This document shows, one piece after another, positions 15,540 to 24,593 of a stretch of DNA of 64,000 nt. This DNA comes from an uncultured Chloroflexia bacterium (lineage in GTDB: Bacteria > Chloroflexota > Chloroflexia > Thermomicrobiales > UBA6265), in NCBI GenBank assembly GCA_963762985.1, contig CAVXMK010000014.1, positions 282,625 through 346,624 of the forward strand, written 5' to 3'. Each line of letters opens with the position of its first letter. The stretch's first letter is position 1. The notes below the pieces were generated by a model. The model had not been told where the DNA came from. It ran no database searches and saw only the letters and a list, made by a program, of their open reading frames with translations. The position numbers and the translations under genes were made by a program.

Positions 15540-15805
15540 CGCGGGGAGCGCACCGCGGGCGCGGGACATACTCCCCCTCTCCCGGCTCGACCTGACAGGG
15601 GGAGGAATTGGGCTATGGCAACGTCGCGCGAGGCCAACAAGCCCCTCTCAGCCATCGCAATGGGCCGGGTGCCCTCTGGGCGGCGGTTGGGGTGAGGGTC
15701 GTTGGGGAGAGGGCTAGCCGCCGAGGACACGATACCTTCCCTTGTCAGCCGGGTCGACGGGCCGGGTGGCCTTTGGGCGGCGGGGCAGGGGGGTGAGGGT
15801 GGGGC
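15540..15805. repeat. Intergenic block built almost entirely of nested GC-rich palindromic elements
   Basis: Hairpin CTCCCCCT..AGGGGGAG. One full copy of CAACAAGCCCCTCTC..GGGCCGGGTGCCCTCTGGGCGGCGGTTGGGGTGAGGG at 15636-15698 and a diverged copy at about 15759-15802. Confidence 0.7.
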
Positions 15806-15841
15806 GCCGATCACTCACTTCATGACGCAACTTGGACTGGC

Positions 15842-16912
15842 TTACGCCGGACGGCTGTCCCAGCGGAAAAAACGCACCGCGATCACCATGGCGATGACGA
15901 ACGTCGCTAGCAGTGCCAGCAGATCGGTCCAGATGGCCGCCAGCCCGTTGCCGAACGTCATCGCCTCGCGCAACGCGTCGACCAGGTACGTCAGCGGCAA
16001 CACCCGCGTGATCGGTTGCAGCCAGACCGGGGCGTTCTCCATGCTGAAGAAAATCCCCGACAGGAACATCATGGGGAACGTCACCAGATTGGCGTAGCTG
16101 GCGGCGGTCTCGGCATTGGGCGCAATCCCGGAGATGGCAAACCCGATCGCGAGAAACGCCAACGCACCGGCGATGATTGCCACCAGCACGACGAGCAGAT
16201 TCCCGCGCAGATGCAGCCCGAACAGTCCCCACGCCATCCCTATGAGAGTCACCGCCTGCAAGCCAGCGATCAGCAACTGCGACAGCACCCGCGCCAGGAT
16301 GAACGAGGTCAGCGGAAACGGCGTCACCCGAATACGCCGCAGTATGCCCCGCTCGCGGTACGTGACAAACGCCGTGGCCAGCCCGATCACCCCGGAGTTC
16401 ATCAGGCTCATGGCCAGGATGCCGGGGGCGAATACATCCATGAACGACACTTCTTGCGCCGTCACCGGCCGCTGCTCGATGGCCAGCGGCGGCGGCCCCC
16501 CCGCCACGTCGAGCAGCGTCTGCCGCACCGCCCCGACCGCGATTTGCGCGGTCGGGCCCACCGTCGCGTTGTAATAGAGCACCACCGTGGGGAAGCCCTG
16601 TGCGTTCTGGTCCGCCCCGAACACGGCCACCACCCCGCGGTTGCCATCCTCCAACGCCCGCAGCTCGTCCGCCTCCTCCCCCTCGGCAACGCTAAAGCTC
16701 GGGTTCTCCCGCAGCGCGGCGACGACCCCCTCCCGATACGCTGACTCCGGACCCGCCACCCCGACATCGAACTCGACGCTCTGGCCCCGGCCGAAGATGA
16801 CGCCAAAAATCGCGATGAACAACGCCGGAAACGCCAGATTCCAGAAGAGCGCCGCGCGGTTGCGCAGACTCATCAGCACATTGGCGCGGACCATGGCGAA
16901 CAGGGGCGTCAT
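15842..16912 (-). CDS. ABC-2 type exporter permease
   Basis: Six-TM ABC-2 architecture with a large first extracytoplasmic loop (NRAALFWNLAFPALFIAIFGVIFG...). The start ATG at 16912 lies 1 nt after the ATPase stop. ATG at 16927 is also possible. Confidence 0.8.
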   Translation of the reverse strand: MTPLFAMVRANVLMSLRNRAALFWNLAFPALFIAIFGVIFGRGQSVEFDVGVAGPESAYREGVVAALRENPSFSVAEGEEADELRALEDGNRGVVAVFGADQNAQGFPTVVLYYNATVGPTAQIAVGAVRQTLLDVAGGPPPLAIEQRPVTAQEVSFMDVFAPGILAMSLMNSGVIGLATAFVTYRERGILRRIRVTPFPLTSFILARVLSQLLIAGLQAVTLIGMAWGLFGLHLRGNLLVVLVAIIAGALAFLAIGFAISGIAPNAETAASYANLVTFPMMFLSGIFFSMENAPVWLQPITRVLPLTYLVDALREAMTFGNGLAAIWTDLLALLATFVIAMVIAVRFFRWDSRPA

Positions 16913-16913
16913 G

Positions 16914-17909
16914 TCAATCAGCCACATCGTCGCCGTCGTAGCGATGCCCCGTGCGCGCCAGAAAGACATCTTCCAGGGTGGCTTGGGCGGTGCTGAGCCC
17001 TGACAGGGTAGCGTTCTGGCGGCTGGCCAGGCCGAGCAGGTCGATCAACGTGGCCTGGGCGTCAGTGGTGCGCAGTGCGATCGCGTCCCGGCCATCCCGA
17101 GCCTGGACCTCAGCAGAGACAACCCCGGTGAGTGCTTCCAACCGCGCCAGGGCGAACTCCCCTCCTTCCACCACCGCCCGCACCGACGCATCCGCCCCCA
17201 GATCGAGGATCAGCTCCCGCGGCGTGTCGCAGGCCACTACCCGCCCCCGGTCCATGATGGCGATGCGGTCGCAGAGTTGCTCGGCCTCCTCCATGTAGTG
17301 GGTGGTCAGTACCACGGTGGCGCCGGCATCGCGAATGTCGCGGATCGTCTGCCACAGGGTCCGCCGCGCGGCAGGGTCCAGCCCGGTGGTCGGCTCGTCG
17401 AAGAAGACGATGCGCGGGGTGTTGACCAGGGCCAGCGCCACCGCCAGCCGCTGCTGCTGACCCCCGGAGAGGGTGTTGATGCGAGAGCCTCCTTTCTCCA
17501 CCAGCCCGACCAGGGCCAGCAGCGATTCGACCCGCTCCGAGGAGGCATCGGCTCGGTAGAGCGAGGCAAACAGCCTCAGAATCTCGGCGCAGGTGAGGTA
17601 GTCGAACAGCGCCGTCGTCTGCAACTGCACCCCCATAACCTGGTGTACCCGCTCCGGCTCGCGCACCGGATCGAACCCCGCCACCTGCATCGTCCCGCTG
17701 TCCGGGGCGCGTAACCCCTCCAGCATCTCGAGCGTCGTCGTTTTACCGGCCCCGTTCGGGCCGAGGATGCCGAAGATTTCGCCCGGCCAGACGACGAGGT
17801 CGAGCCCGGCCACGGCGGTCGTCCCTCCGTAGCGCTTCACCACGTCGCGGGCGGCGATGATCGGTTCGTCGCCGCGCCCCCCGGTTGGCGGGGACGTGTC
17901 GCGGGTCAT
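16914..17909 (-). CDS. ABC transporter ATP-binding protein (DrrA-like)
   Basis: Walker A GPNGAGKTT, signature LSGGQQQRL, Walker B IVFFDEPTTGLD. Start chosen at MTRDTSPP, since the long upstream extension of the track ORF is not protein-like. Confidence 0.9.
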   Translation of the reverse strand: MTRDTSPPTGGRGDEPIIAARDVVKRYGGTTAVAGLDLVVWPGEIFGILGPNGAGKTTTLEMLEGLRAPDSGTMQVAGFDPVREPERVHQVMGVQLQTTALFDYLTCAEILRLFASLYRADASSERVESLLALVGLVEKGGSRINTLSGGQQQRLAVALALVNTPRIVFFDEPTTGLDPAARRTLWQTIRDIRDAGATVVLTTHYMEEAEQLCDRIAIMDRGRVVACDTPRELILDLGADASVRAVVEGGEFALARLEALTGVVSAEVQARDGRDAIALRTTDAQATLIDLLGLASRQNATLSGLSTAQATLEDVFLARTGHRYDGDDVAD

Positions 17910-18104
17910 TGGGGCGTGCGGCGCGTGCAGGTGCAGGGTCGGTGCGCTCCTCGTGGCCCGGTGCGTGCGGGCAGTACTCTTGGTCGCGACTATAGCGGCC
18001 GGGCGGTCGTGATGACGAATGGCACGGCTTTTGCCGCAATCGTCCCGAACGCCGATGCGATGCCGGGACCAACGAGCAATGGGTCTGATGAAGGAGTTGT
18101 CCTG

Positions 18105-19622
18105 ATGCCAGAATCTCGAACGGGAGCAGCGCCGGGTGGCAATCGGCAGCAAGATCCGCGCTGGCGAGCGCTGCTGGTCTCGCTCGCGGTGGTGCTGGTC
18201 GTCGCGTCGGTCCCGGCCGCCGCCTGGGCCATCCCCGCGCTCGTCCCGCCCACGCAGGAGGAGAACGCGGATGAGACGGGTGCCGGCGAGGTAATCGCCG
18301 ACGGGCGCGCACGGTTGCCCCGCGGCGAGATCGTCTGGACGATTCGCCAGGTCGACGTGCCGAGCGGCGAGGGCGTCGCGGTGGAGGAGTTCCCGCTCGG
18401 TTTCATCCTGGTCGAAGAGGGCACGGTCGCCCTGCGCGCCGAAGACGACGAGACCCCGACCGAGCTCACCACGGGCGAGGCCGCTTTCCTCCCAGATCGC
18501 AAATCCGGCTCGCTGGCGAGCGTGGGGGCTGACGCGGCGAGTCTCGTTGAGGTTGCCCTCGTTTCGCGGCGGGACGCCGAATCCGCAACCGAAGCTGATG
18601 CCGGCGAGGAGACCGGCGTCGTCGTGGGAGAGCCCTTCCCGGCTCCTGCGGGCGCGGCCCCATCTGCAGCCACGCCGACGCCGGAAGGCGAGGAGCAGGC
18701 GGCCGCCTCGTTCGAGATGGCATTGGTCCGCAACACGCTGAGCGGCCAGGACGAGGCCACCATCCCGGTCTCGGGCTCCGGAGCGCCGGTGTTCTACCTG
18801 ACCACGGACGGCACGGCCCAGTTGCAGGCAGGCGAACAGGTCGTCGATCTCGCCGCGGGGCAGTTTGCCCTGCTCGCCGGTGAGGTGCAGGTCCGCGCCG
18901 CCACCGATGCGCCGGCGACGTTCGTGGTGGCGTCAATCGACGAAGAGGCAGAGGAACGAGAACGCGGCGACCGCGCGGAGCGGACGGAGCGTCAACGCGA
19001 ACCGCGCGAACGCGCCGGTGGCGGAGGCGGCGGCCGTCAGGGCAATGCTTCGTCAGGCGGCCAGGGCCAGTCGGATCGTGGCGCGCGGCGCGCGGCGCGG
19101 CAGGCCGCCCGCCAGGCGCAAGGTGGCGGTGGCGGTGGTGGTGGCCGCGGCGGCCAGTCCCAGCAACAGGGTACGGGCGACACAGGCGGCGCCCCGGTGA
19201 CTGGCGGCGCCGATGCGACCGCCACCGTGCCCGCCCCCGCGGGAACGCCGGGCGTCGAGCCGACTCCGGAACCGACCCTGCCCACCGATCCGACTGTTCC
19301 CGCCGACGGCACGCCGCCTGCGGTCGAAACACCACCGGTCGAAACGCCATCAGTGGACGAAACCGCCGTGCCCACGGCCACTGTCCCCGCTGCCGAGACC
19401 CCGACCCCCGAACCGACCGTCCCGGTGGTGCCGACCAACCCGCCGGTGCCGGAGGTCCCCGAGGTCCCGGGTCTGCCGACGGTCCCGGCCGAAGAGACAG
19501 TGGCCGCGGAATCGGTGCCGGCAGCGGAAGCACCCGCGCCGGAGGCAACGCTTCCTGTTGAGGAGGTGCCCGCCGCGCCCGTGGAGGAGGAGCAAGACAC
19601 GGAGTCCGCGCCGGTAGAATAA
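18105..19622 (+). CDS. Signal-anchored hypothetical protein with RGG/Gly-rich and Pro/Thr/Glu/Val-rich low-complexity C-terminal half
   Basis: ATG at 18105 preceded by GAAGGAG. N-terminal RWRALLVSLAVVLVVASVPAAAWA. A folded-looking domain of about 280 aa, then RERGDRAERTERQREPRERAGGGGGG... and PTPEPTVPVVPTNPPVPEVPEVP. Confidence 0.6.
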   Translation: MPESRTGAAPGGNRQQDPRWRALLVSLAVVLVVASVPAAAWAIPALVPPTQEENADETGAGEVIADGRARLPRGEIVWTIRQVDVPSGEGVAVEEFPLGFILVEEGTVALRAEDDETPTELTTGEAAFLPDRKSGSLASVGADAASLVEVALVSRRDAESATEADAGEETGVVVGEPFPAPAGAAPSAATPTPEGEEQAAASFEMALVRNTLSGQDEATIPVSGSGAPVFYLTTDGTAQLQAGEQVVDLAAGQFALLAGEVQVRAATDAPATFVVASIDEEAEERERGDRAERTERQREPRERAGGGGGGRQGNASSGGQGQSDRGARRAARQAARQAQGGGGGGGGRGGQSQQQGTGDTGGAPVTGGADATATVPAPAGTPGVEPTPEPTLPTDPTVPADGTPPAVETPPVETPSVDETAVPTATVPAAETPTPEPTVPVVPTNPPVPEVPEVPGLPTVPAEETVAAESVPAAEAPAPEATLPVEEVPAAPVEEEQDTESAPVE

Positions 19623-19702
19623 GATCGGCACCTGAGCCTCGCGCCCGGCCCTTGCTCCCCTCGGGGAGTTGGGCTGGTCCTCGCGCCCCGTTACGGCGTC
19701 AA

Positions 19703-19762
19703 CAAGCCCCTCTCCCACCGCGGTAGCCCGGTGCCCTCTGGGCGGCGGTTGGGTTGAGGGGC
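19703..19762. repeat. Copy of the CAACAAGCCCCTCTCCC..CCGGTGCCCTCTGGGCGGCGGTTGGGTTGAGGGG element
   Basis: Near-identical to 15636-15698. Confidence 0.7.
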
Positions 19763-19810
19763 GTTCGGCGGCGGAAGCCATCAACTGGAATCCGTACTGC
19801 CCATCCGTAA

Positions 19811-19854
19811 CACCGACACCCGCACCCCGTCACCCCGTCACCCCGTCACCCCGT
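19811..19854. repeat. Tandem 8-nt array (CACCCCGT x4 plus degenerate units)
   Basis: CACCGACA CCCG CACCCCGT CACCCCGT CACCCCGT CACCCCGT, 38 nt upstream of the ATG at 19892. Confidence 0.75.
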
Positions 19855-19891
19855 ATACTCCAACGCCGTCCCGCCCCGAGGGGATGTCTGC

Positions 19892-20899
19892 ATGAGCGAT
19901 GACCCGGAACCCGTAGCGCCGCCTCCGAGGCCGGGGCCACGGGCACACCTCTGGCCCCGGCTCGGTCTGCTGCAGGCGGTGTTGCTGCTGGCCGCCGTGG
20001 TCATCGCCCTGCCGGTGGCGTTTCGCAGCATGAGCATTTTGCTCACCGATGGGCAGGCGCGCACCCTCTACGCCTTCCCCAGCGGCCAACCCCTGACCGG
20101 ACCCGCCAGCGAGGCGGAAACCGACGCGGTGAATTTCTTCAACATCGCCGCCATCGACCTCAACGAAGAGCAAGGGAGCATCACCCTCGCCATCTCCGGC
20201 CACCGCATCTGCCCGGATGCCTGCGCCACCATCAACTTCACCCTGGTCTCCCTCGATGACGACGCCGACGTGCGCCGCGCGCTGCCGCCCTCGGCGCCGC
20301 TGATTCTCAAGCCCGATGAACCGATCTTCAGCCAGACCGTCCAACTCCCGATTCGCGGGCAACCCAGCCAGTACCCGTTTGATGACTATCTCCTCTGGCT
20401 GGGGCTGACCGGGTCGGTCGTTCAGGATGGTGATACACAGCCGTTGATGGTGGAAATGCTCAGCGAGCGCGCGGTCATCACCACGCAAAACCAGTTGCGT
20501 GACTACCTGATGGTTCCGCCGGCCGAAATCGATCCGGCACGGGTGTCCACCCCGACCGATCCGCAGGAGTTCCTGGGCGTGCAGCAGTTGCGCTTCGAGC
20601 GCCCAGCCCACCAGGAGATCCTGGCCGTGCTGCTGATCGCGCTGATCGCCGTCTCGGCGACCATGGCGGTGGCCCTGCGCACCATGAGCGATCTGCTCAT
20701 CGGCGTCGGCAGCCTCATCCTGGGCATCTGGGGCGTGCGCTCGGTCCTGGTCCCCTCGTCGCTGTCGGTCGTCTCCAGCATCGACTTGGCCCTCTCGGTC
20801 ATCATTCTCTTCGTCCTGCTCGGGCTCTCCTTGCGCGTCGCCCGCCATTTCCAGCAGCAAAGCGAGCTGCCGCCGGTGAAGTTGCGAAAACGAAGGTGA
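19892..20899 (+). CDS. Integral membrane protein of unknown function
   Basis: GAGGGGA precedes the ATG. One N-terminal TM, an extracytoplasmic domain of about 200 aa, and three C-terminal TM segments. The architecture recalls DUF4436 but I cannot confirm that. Confidence 0.6.
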   Translation: MSDDPEPVAPPPRPGPRAHLWPRLGLLQAVLLLAAVVIALPVAFRSMSILLTDGQARTLYAFPSGQPLTGPASEAETDAVNFFNIAAIDLNEEQGSITLAISGHRICPDACATINFTLVSLDDDADVRRALPPSAPLILKPDEPIFSQTVQLPIRGQPSQYPFDDYLLWLGLTGSVVQDGDTQPLMVEMLSERAVITTQNQLRDYLMVPPAEIDPARVSTPTDPQEFLGVQQLRFERPAHQEILAVLLIALIAVSATMAVALRTMSDLLIGVGSLILGIWGVRSVLVPSSLSVVSSIDLALSVIILFVLLGLSLRVARHFQQQSELPPVKLRKRR

Positions 20900-20988
20900 C
20901 AGGGTGTCAGGGTGTCAGGGTGTGGATGACGATCACGTCGTTCGCGCATCGCGCAGGAACCCCGTCACTCCGTCACCCCGTCACCCTC
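20897..20988. repeat. Opposed 8-nt arrays (CAGGGTGT x3 ... CACYCCGT x3) between convergent genes, overlapping both stop codons
   Basis: GTGACAGGGTGTCAGGGTGTCAGGGTGTGG contains the TGA of the 19892 gene. CCCCGTCACTCCGTCACCCCGTCACCC encodes the last 6 codons and stop of the TopIB gene on the other strand. Confidence 0.75.
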
Positions 20989-22017
20989 GGTGGCTTTCAG
21001 GAACCCCAGCGCCCACTGTTCGTCGGCATCCAGACCGGGAAAATCGTCATCGCACGTGAAGCGGCAGAGTTCACCCTGTTCGTAGCCCAGAAGAATGGCG
21101 GGGTGAATGTAAGCGGCGCGGCAGACGGCGCGCGTGTTGCCCAGGCGCGCCGCCACCGTATCGACCGCCGCGACGATGTTGGCATTCATAGCCGTCTCGG
21201 TTTCGAACGGACCGAGGTCGCGCAGGCATCGCGCGGTCAGCACGGTGCCGGCCCAGGTTCGGAAATCCTTGGCGGTGAACCCCTCCCCCGCGATCTCGTG
21301 CAGATAGGCGTTGACGTCCTCGGAGTCGATCGCCTGCGCTTCCCCCTCTTCGTCCAGGTACTGAAACAAGTGCTGGCCGGGGAGATCCTGTAGCCGCTTG
21401 ACCGTGCGCGCCACGCGCCGGTCGCGCACGTCGACCTCGTGCAGCTTGCCGCCCTTGCCGCGAAAGGTGAAGTGCATCGTCGTGCCATCGACGTCGACGT
21501 GTTTGTTGCGCATGGTGGTCAACCCGTAGGACGCGTTGTCACGAGCGTACTCTGCGTTGCCGACCCGGATCAGCGACTCGTCGAGCAGGCGCACGACGAC
21601 GGCGACGGTCTTCTGCCGGGACAGACCCGGCTGGCCGAGATCCGCGCCAACGCGCTCCCGGATGCCCGGCAGCGCCGTACCGAAGGCGACCATGCGCGAG
21701 AACTTGGTATCGTCCCGGCTGGCGCGCCACGTCGGATGGTAGCGGTACTGCTTGCGGCCGCGGGCGTCGCGCCCGGTGGCCTGGATATGACCGCGGGCGT
21801 TGGGGTTGATCCAGACGTCGGTCCAGGCGGGCGGGATGACGATGCCACGGATGCGCTCGAGTTGCTCCGGGTCGCGGATGATCACGCCGTCCTGGTCGCG
21901 GTAGCTCCACCCCGTGCCGGCGCGGCGCCGGGTGATGCCGGGGCCATCGTCCGGGGTGTAGCGCAGCCCGGCGGCCCGCGCCGCGGCTTTCGGGTCGTCG
22001 GGCTCCATTGCGGACAA
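20965..22017 (-). CDS. DNA topoisomerase IB (poxvirus-like bacterial type)
   Basis: N-terminal GLRYTPDDGPGITRRRAGTGWSYRD, IPPAWTDVWI, GRDARGRKQYRYHP, and a C-terminal catalytic-Tyr context CRAAYIHP. Confidence 0.9.
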   Translation of the reverse strand: MSAMEPDDPKAAARAAGLRYTPDDGPGITRRRAGTGWSYRDQDGVIIRDPEQLERIRGIVIPPAWTDVWINPNARGHIQATGRDARGRKQYRYHPTWRASRDDTKFSRMVAFGTALPGIRERVGADLGQPGLSRQKTVAVVVRLLDESLIRVGNAEYARDNASYGLTTMRNKHVDVDGTTMHFTFRGKGGKLHEVDVRDRRVARTVKRLQDLPGQHLFQYLDEEGEAQAIDSEDVNAYLHEIAGEGFTAKDFRTWAGTVLTARCLRDLGPFETETAMNANIVAAVDTVAARLGNTRAVCRAAYIHPAILLGYEQGELCRFTCDDDFPGLDADEQWALGFLKATEGDGVTE

Positions 22018-22065
22018 GCGGGATCCTGTCGGGGCAATCCGGACGGCGTTGCGCCCGACCCTGCC

Positions 22066-22455
22066 TTACGCGGAGTGCCGGGCCAATAGGGACGCCTCGC
22101 CGTCACCTCTGCCGTGCGCGTGCCAATCGGCGTTGAGAACCGTAGTGTCTCCGTGAGCAAGCGAGACGGGCTTGGGCGCGATGGCCTCGATCGCCAGCAA
22201 GCCGCTGACGTCGACCCGTGCTGGGGCCGCGCTCTGCACCGCTAAGTGGGTTACGGTCTCTGCCAGCACGACATCGTCCACCGGCGCCGCCTCCGCCCCA
22301 ACCTCGATGACAACGTCGATATCGTCGTGCAGTGCGTCTGTAGCTGGGCAGAGTTCGTCTTGCCGAAATCCGCGCCGCCGCGACCCCTCGCGATTGCCGA
22401 ACCACGCGCGGCGCGGTCGCCAGGGCCGTTTTCTGATGTAGGTCACCGAATCCAT
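22066..22455 (-). CDS. Hypothetical protein
   Basis: Open frame co-directional with neighbours, ATG at 22455 (MDSVTYIRKRPW...). No recognisable motif. Confidence 0.3.
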   Translation of the reverse strand: MDSVTYIRKRPWRPRRAWFGNREGSRRRGFRQDELCPATDALHDDIDVVIEVGAEAAPVDDVVLAETVTHLAVQSAAPARVDVSGLLAIEAIAPKPVSLAHGDTTVLNADWHAHGRGDGEASLLARHSA

Positions 22456-22524
22456 CCCTTTGCCAGAACCTTGCGGGGCTCCGGGGTGGGAAACGCAAGA
22501 TTCGTGCCAAGGAGGCACAGTCAG

Positions 22525-22980
22525 TCACCCGGTTTCCCCCGGTTTGGGAATGACGGAGACGCCGCCGCTGCGCTCCAGAACCGCGTACTTGATCTGGTCC
22601 ATTCGCTCCAGCCCTTGCAGCTCGCGCGCCGCCGTTAGCACATCCGACTCGTCGATCCGCGCCTTGTCCATCCGCTCCTTGAGCGGCCGACCGTTCTCCA
22701 CGATGATGAGCGGGGTATCGTCGAGCAGTAGCTCGATCTTGGGCGAGCGCTGCTTCAGCAACGACAGCGCGATATCGAGCCCGAGCAGGGTGAGGATGAC
22801 GATGAAGGCGTTGGTCATCGAGAAATCGTCCCCGAGCAGCGCCTGCTGGGTCGCCTCGCCAATGACTAGCAGCAGCACGAAATCGAACGTCGTGATCTGC
22901 GCCAGGGAGCGCTTGCCGCTGATACGGAAGATGATCAACAGGATGGCGTAGATGGCGAGCGCGCGAACAACGGAGTCCAT
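22525..22980 (-). CDS. DUF421 (YetF-like) membrane protein
   Basis: [37 protein letters not shown]...[53 protein letters not shown] matches the DUF421 pattern from memory. Confidence 0.8.
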   Translation of the reverse strand: MDSVVRALAIYAILLIIFRISGKRSLAQITTFDFVLLLVIGEATQQALLGDDFSMTNAFIVILTLLGLDIALSLLKQRSPKIELLLDDTPLIIVENGRPLKERMDKARIDESDVLTAARELQGLERMDQIKYAVLERSGGVSVIPKPGETG

Positions 22981-23024
22981 GCTTTCCTCCGCCGGAATGC
23001 CTGCCGCCGATGCGACGGCGCGAC

Positions 23025-23537
23025 CTACGGATAGACGAGTTGGCCGAACTCGAGCGCCGGCCCTTCCGCCAGCGCGATCTGGCCCGACTTGGCGCCGAAG
23101 CTGGTGTGCCGCAGCTCGAAGGAGACGGTGACCGGCTGCCCCGGCTCATCGACGGCGAAGACATAGAGCAGGCCGTCCGCCGCGCTGCGCACCTCCTGGG
23201 GCTCGGGAACGACCCTCTCGATCAGGACGCCTTGGATATAGTCCCGGTCGATCAACACGTCGATCTGCTCACCCTCGACCGCATCCCCGGCAATCTGGAC
23301 CTCGAGGGTCGAGGGCGATTCCATGCGGTCGAACCGCGCGTACTCGAGCCGCAACGGGTCCGCGGGGTCACCGGCGGTCGCCCGGGCCAGCACGCCGTTT
23401 CCCGTCAGGCCGACCAGCGCCGCCAGCGCGATCAGCGCCATCACCACCCACCCGATTCGCTGCGCCTGCCATTCCTTGCGCTGAAAGTCGAGATCCTGCC
23501 CGATTTCGAGCGACCCGACCCCCTTGGGCTGCGGCAT
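23025..23537 (-). CDS. Membrane-anchored hypothetical protein
   Basis: Single TM ([17 protein letters not shown]), then a soluble domain of about 110 aa. Co-oriented with DUF421 with a 44-nt gap. Confidence 0.55.
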   Translation of the reverse strand: MPQPKGVGSLEIGQDLDFQRKEWQAQRIGWVVMALIALAALVGLTGNGVLARATAGDPADPLRLEYARFDRMESPSTLEVQIAGDAVEGEQIDVLIDRDYIQGVLIERVVPEPQEVRSAADGLLYVFAVDEPGQPVTVSFELRHTSFGAKSGQIALAEGPALEFGQLVYP

Positions 23538-23786
23538 CTCGCACCTCGCTACGAACCATTACCGTCTCTGGCACGACGAAAAGCAGAAGCCGTGCCAGGA
23601 TTCGGCACACGTCCGCGGGTTCGGAAGCGATCTGGGACGAGTGGGTCTATCAGGGCCACGTATTCGCGGCGGGAGAGGCAAGTCGTTGGCCGTCCTGAGG
23701 CGCAACGCCAGCCGCTACAATGCGGCGGCCTGACGGAAATGCGGAGCGATCGCCCGGTTCGAACCTGACCGAAAGGGAGCAGACCC

Positions 23787-24377
23787 ATGACGGCTACAAA
23801 CCATCCACCTGTCGCGTTGAGCCGGACAAGTTCACGTCGGGCTGCCCTTGGCGGCAGCGCGCTGGCGGCTGCATTGGGAACGCTCTCGTTCCATCTGGGC
23901 GTCGCGGCCCAGGCAACGCCCGAAGCTACTGCCATGTCAGCCGGCACGCTTCTCGTGCAGAGTTTCGGCCAGGGCAACTTGTTCCCGACCCAGGGCGACG
24001 TAGGAGTCTTGCCCTACACCGTCATCCTCTGGGACGCCGCCGACCGCGGGTTCTTCGTCCTCGATCCCACGGGTGGTTCAGCGGGTGTCGCCTCCACGGA
24101 AATCGTTCTCTCCGCCCTTGCGGCCGCGGACGAGCCGCCTTCCGCGGTGCTGCTGTCGCTGTCGGGCGGCGATAGCGCCACCGGCGCCATCTGGGCGCTG
24201 CGGCTGGTTTCCGGATCGCTCGGTTCCGACCCCGGTGCCGTCACCTACCAGGGCGAACCGCTCTCCGGCGACGACACCCCGTTCTGGCTGGGGACCGCGC
24301 CACCCGAGTTGCCCGATAGCCCGCAGGATCTGGGGGCCGGGTATCTCATCATCTCGGGTCTGGCCGGGCTTGAATAG
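23787..24377 (+). CDS. RR-leader secreted hypothetical protein (no polybasic tail)
   Basis: GGGAG precedes the ATG. TSSRRAALGGSALAAALGTLSF...AAQATPEA leader. Confidence 0.6.
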   Translation: MTATNHPPVALSRTSSRRAALGGSALAAALGTLSFHLGVAAQATPEATAMSAGTLLVQSFGQGNLFPTQGDVGVLPYTVILWDAADRGFFVLDPTGGSAGVASTEIVLSALAAADEPPSAVLLSLSGGDSATGAIWALRLVSGSLGSDPGAVTYQGEPLSGDDTPFWLGTAPPELPDSPQDLGAGYLIISGLAGLE

Positions 24378-24593
24378 TGCCGATTCCGACGACCGCATGC
24401 CCCACGGGGTTGTCGGATCAGGCACTAAGTTGGCGGGTCTGTGCGGCTGAATCCGCCATCGAGGAGCCCAGGTAGGTGTGGGCTCAGGGATGTATCGAAC
24501 GAGCGCGCCAAGTCTATTGGACCTGATCTTCCCGCCCATCGTTCGTCGCTCGCACTGACCTGGAATGAGTCGCGATCGCGAGGGAGCCTCACG

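Noticed and set aside
17916-18104. Upstream extensions of several track ORFs. Examples: 17916 for the 18105 gene, 16914..18152 beyond 17909, 1930 for the 2008 gene, 43539 for the 43620 gene, 44587 for the 44863 gene.
   Set aside because: The extensions are Arg/Pro-rich, lack SD sites and overlap neighbouring genes or repeats. Internal starts with GGAGG-type SD sites and a sensible N-terminus were preferred.
23740-23790. GGTTCGAACC motif suggesting a tRNA T-arm.
   Set aside because: Flanking bases do not form the T-stem, acceptor or anticodon arms. I found no tRNA-like cloverleaf anywhere in the window by eye.
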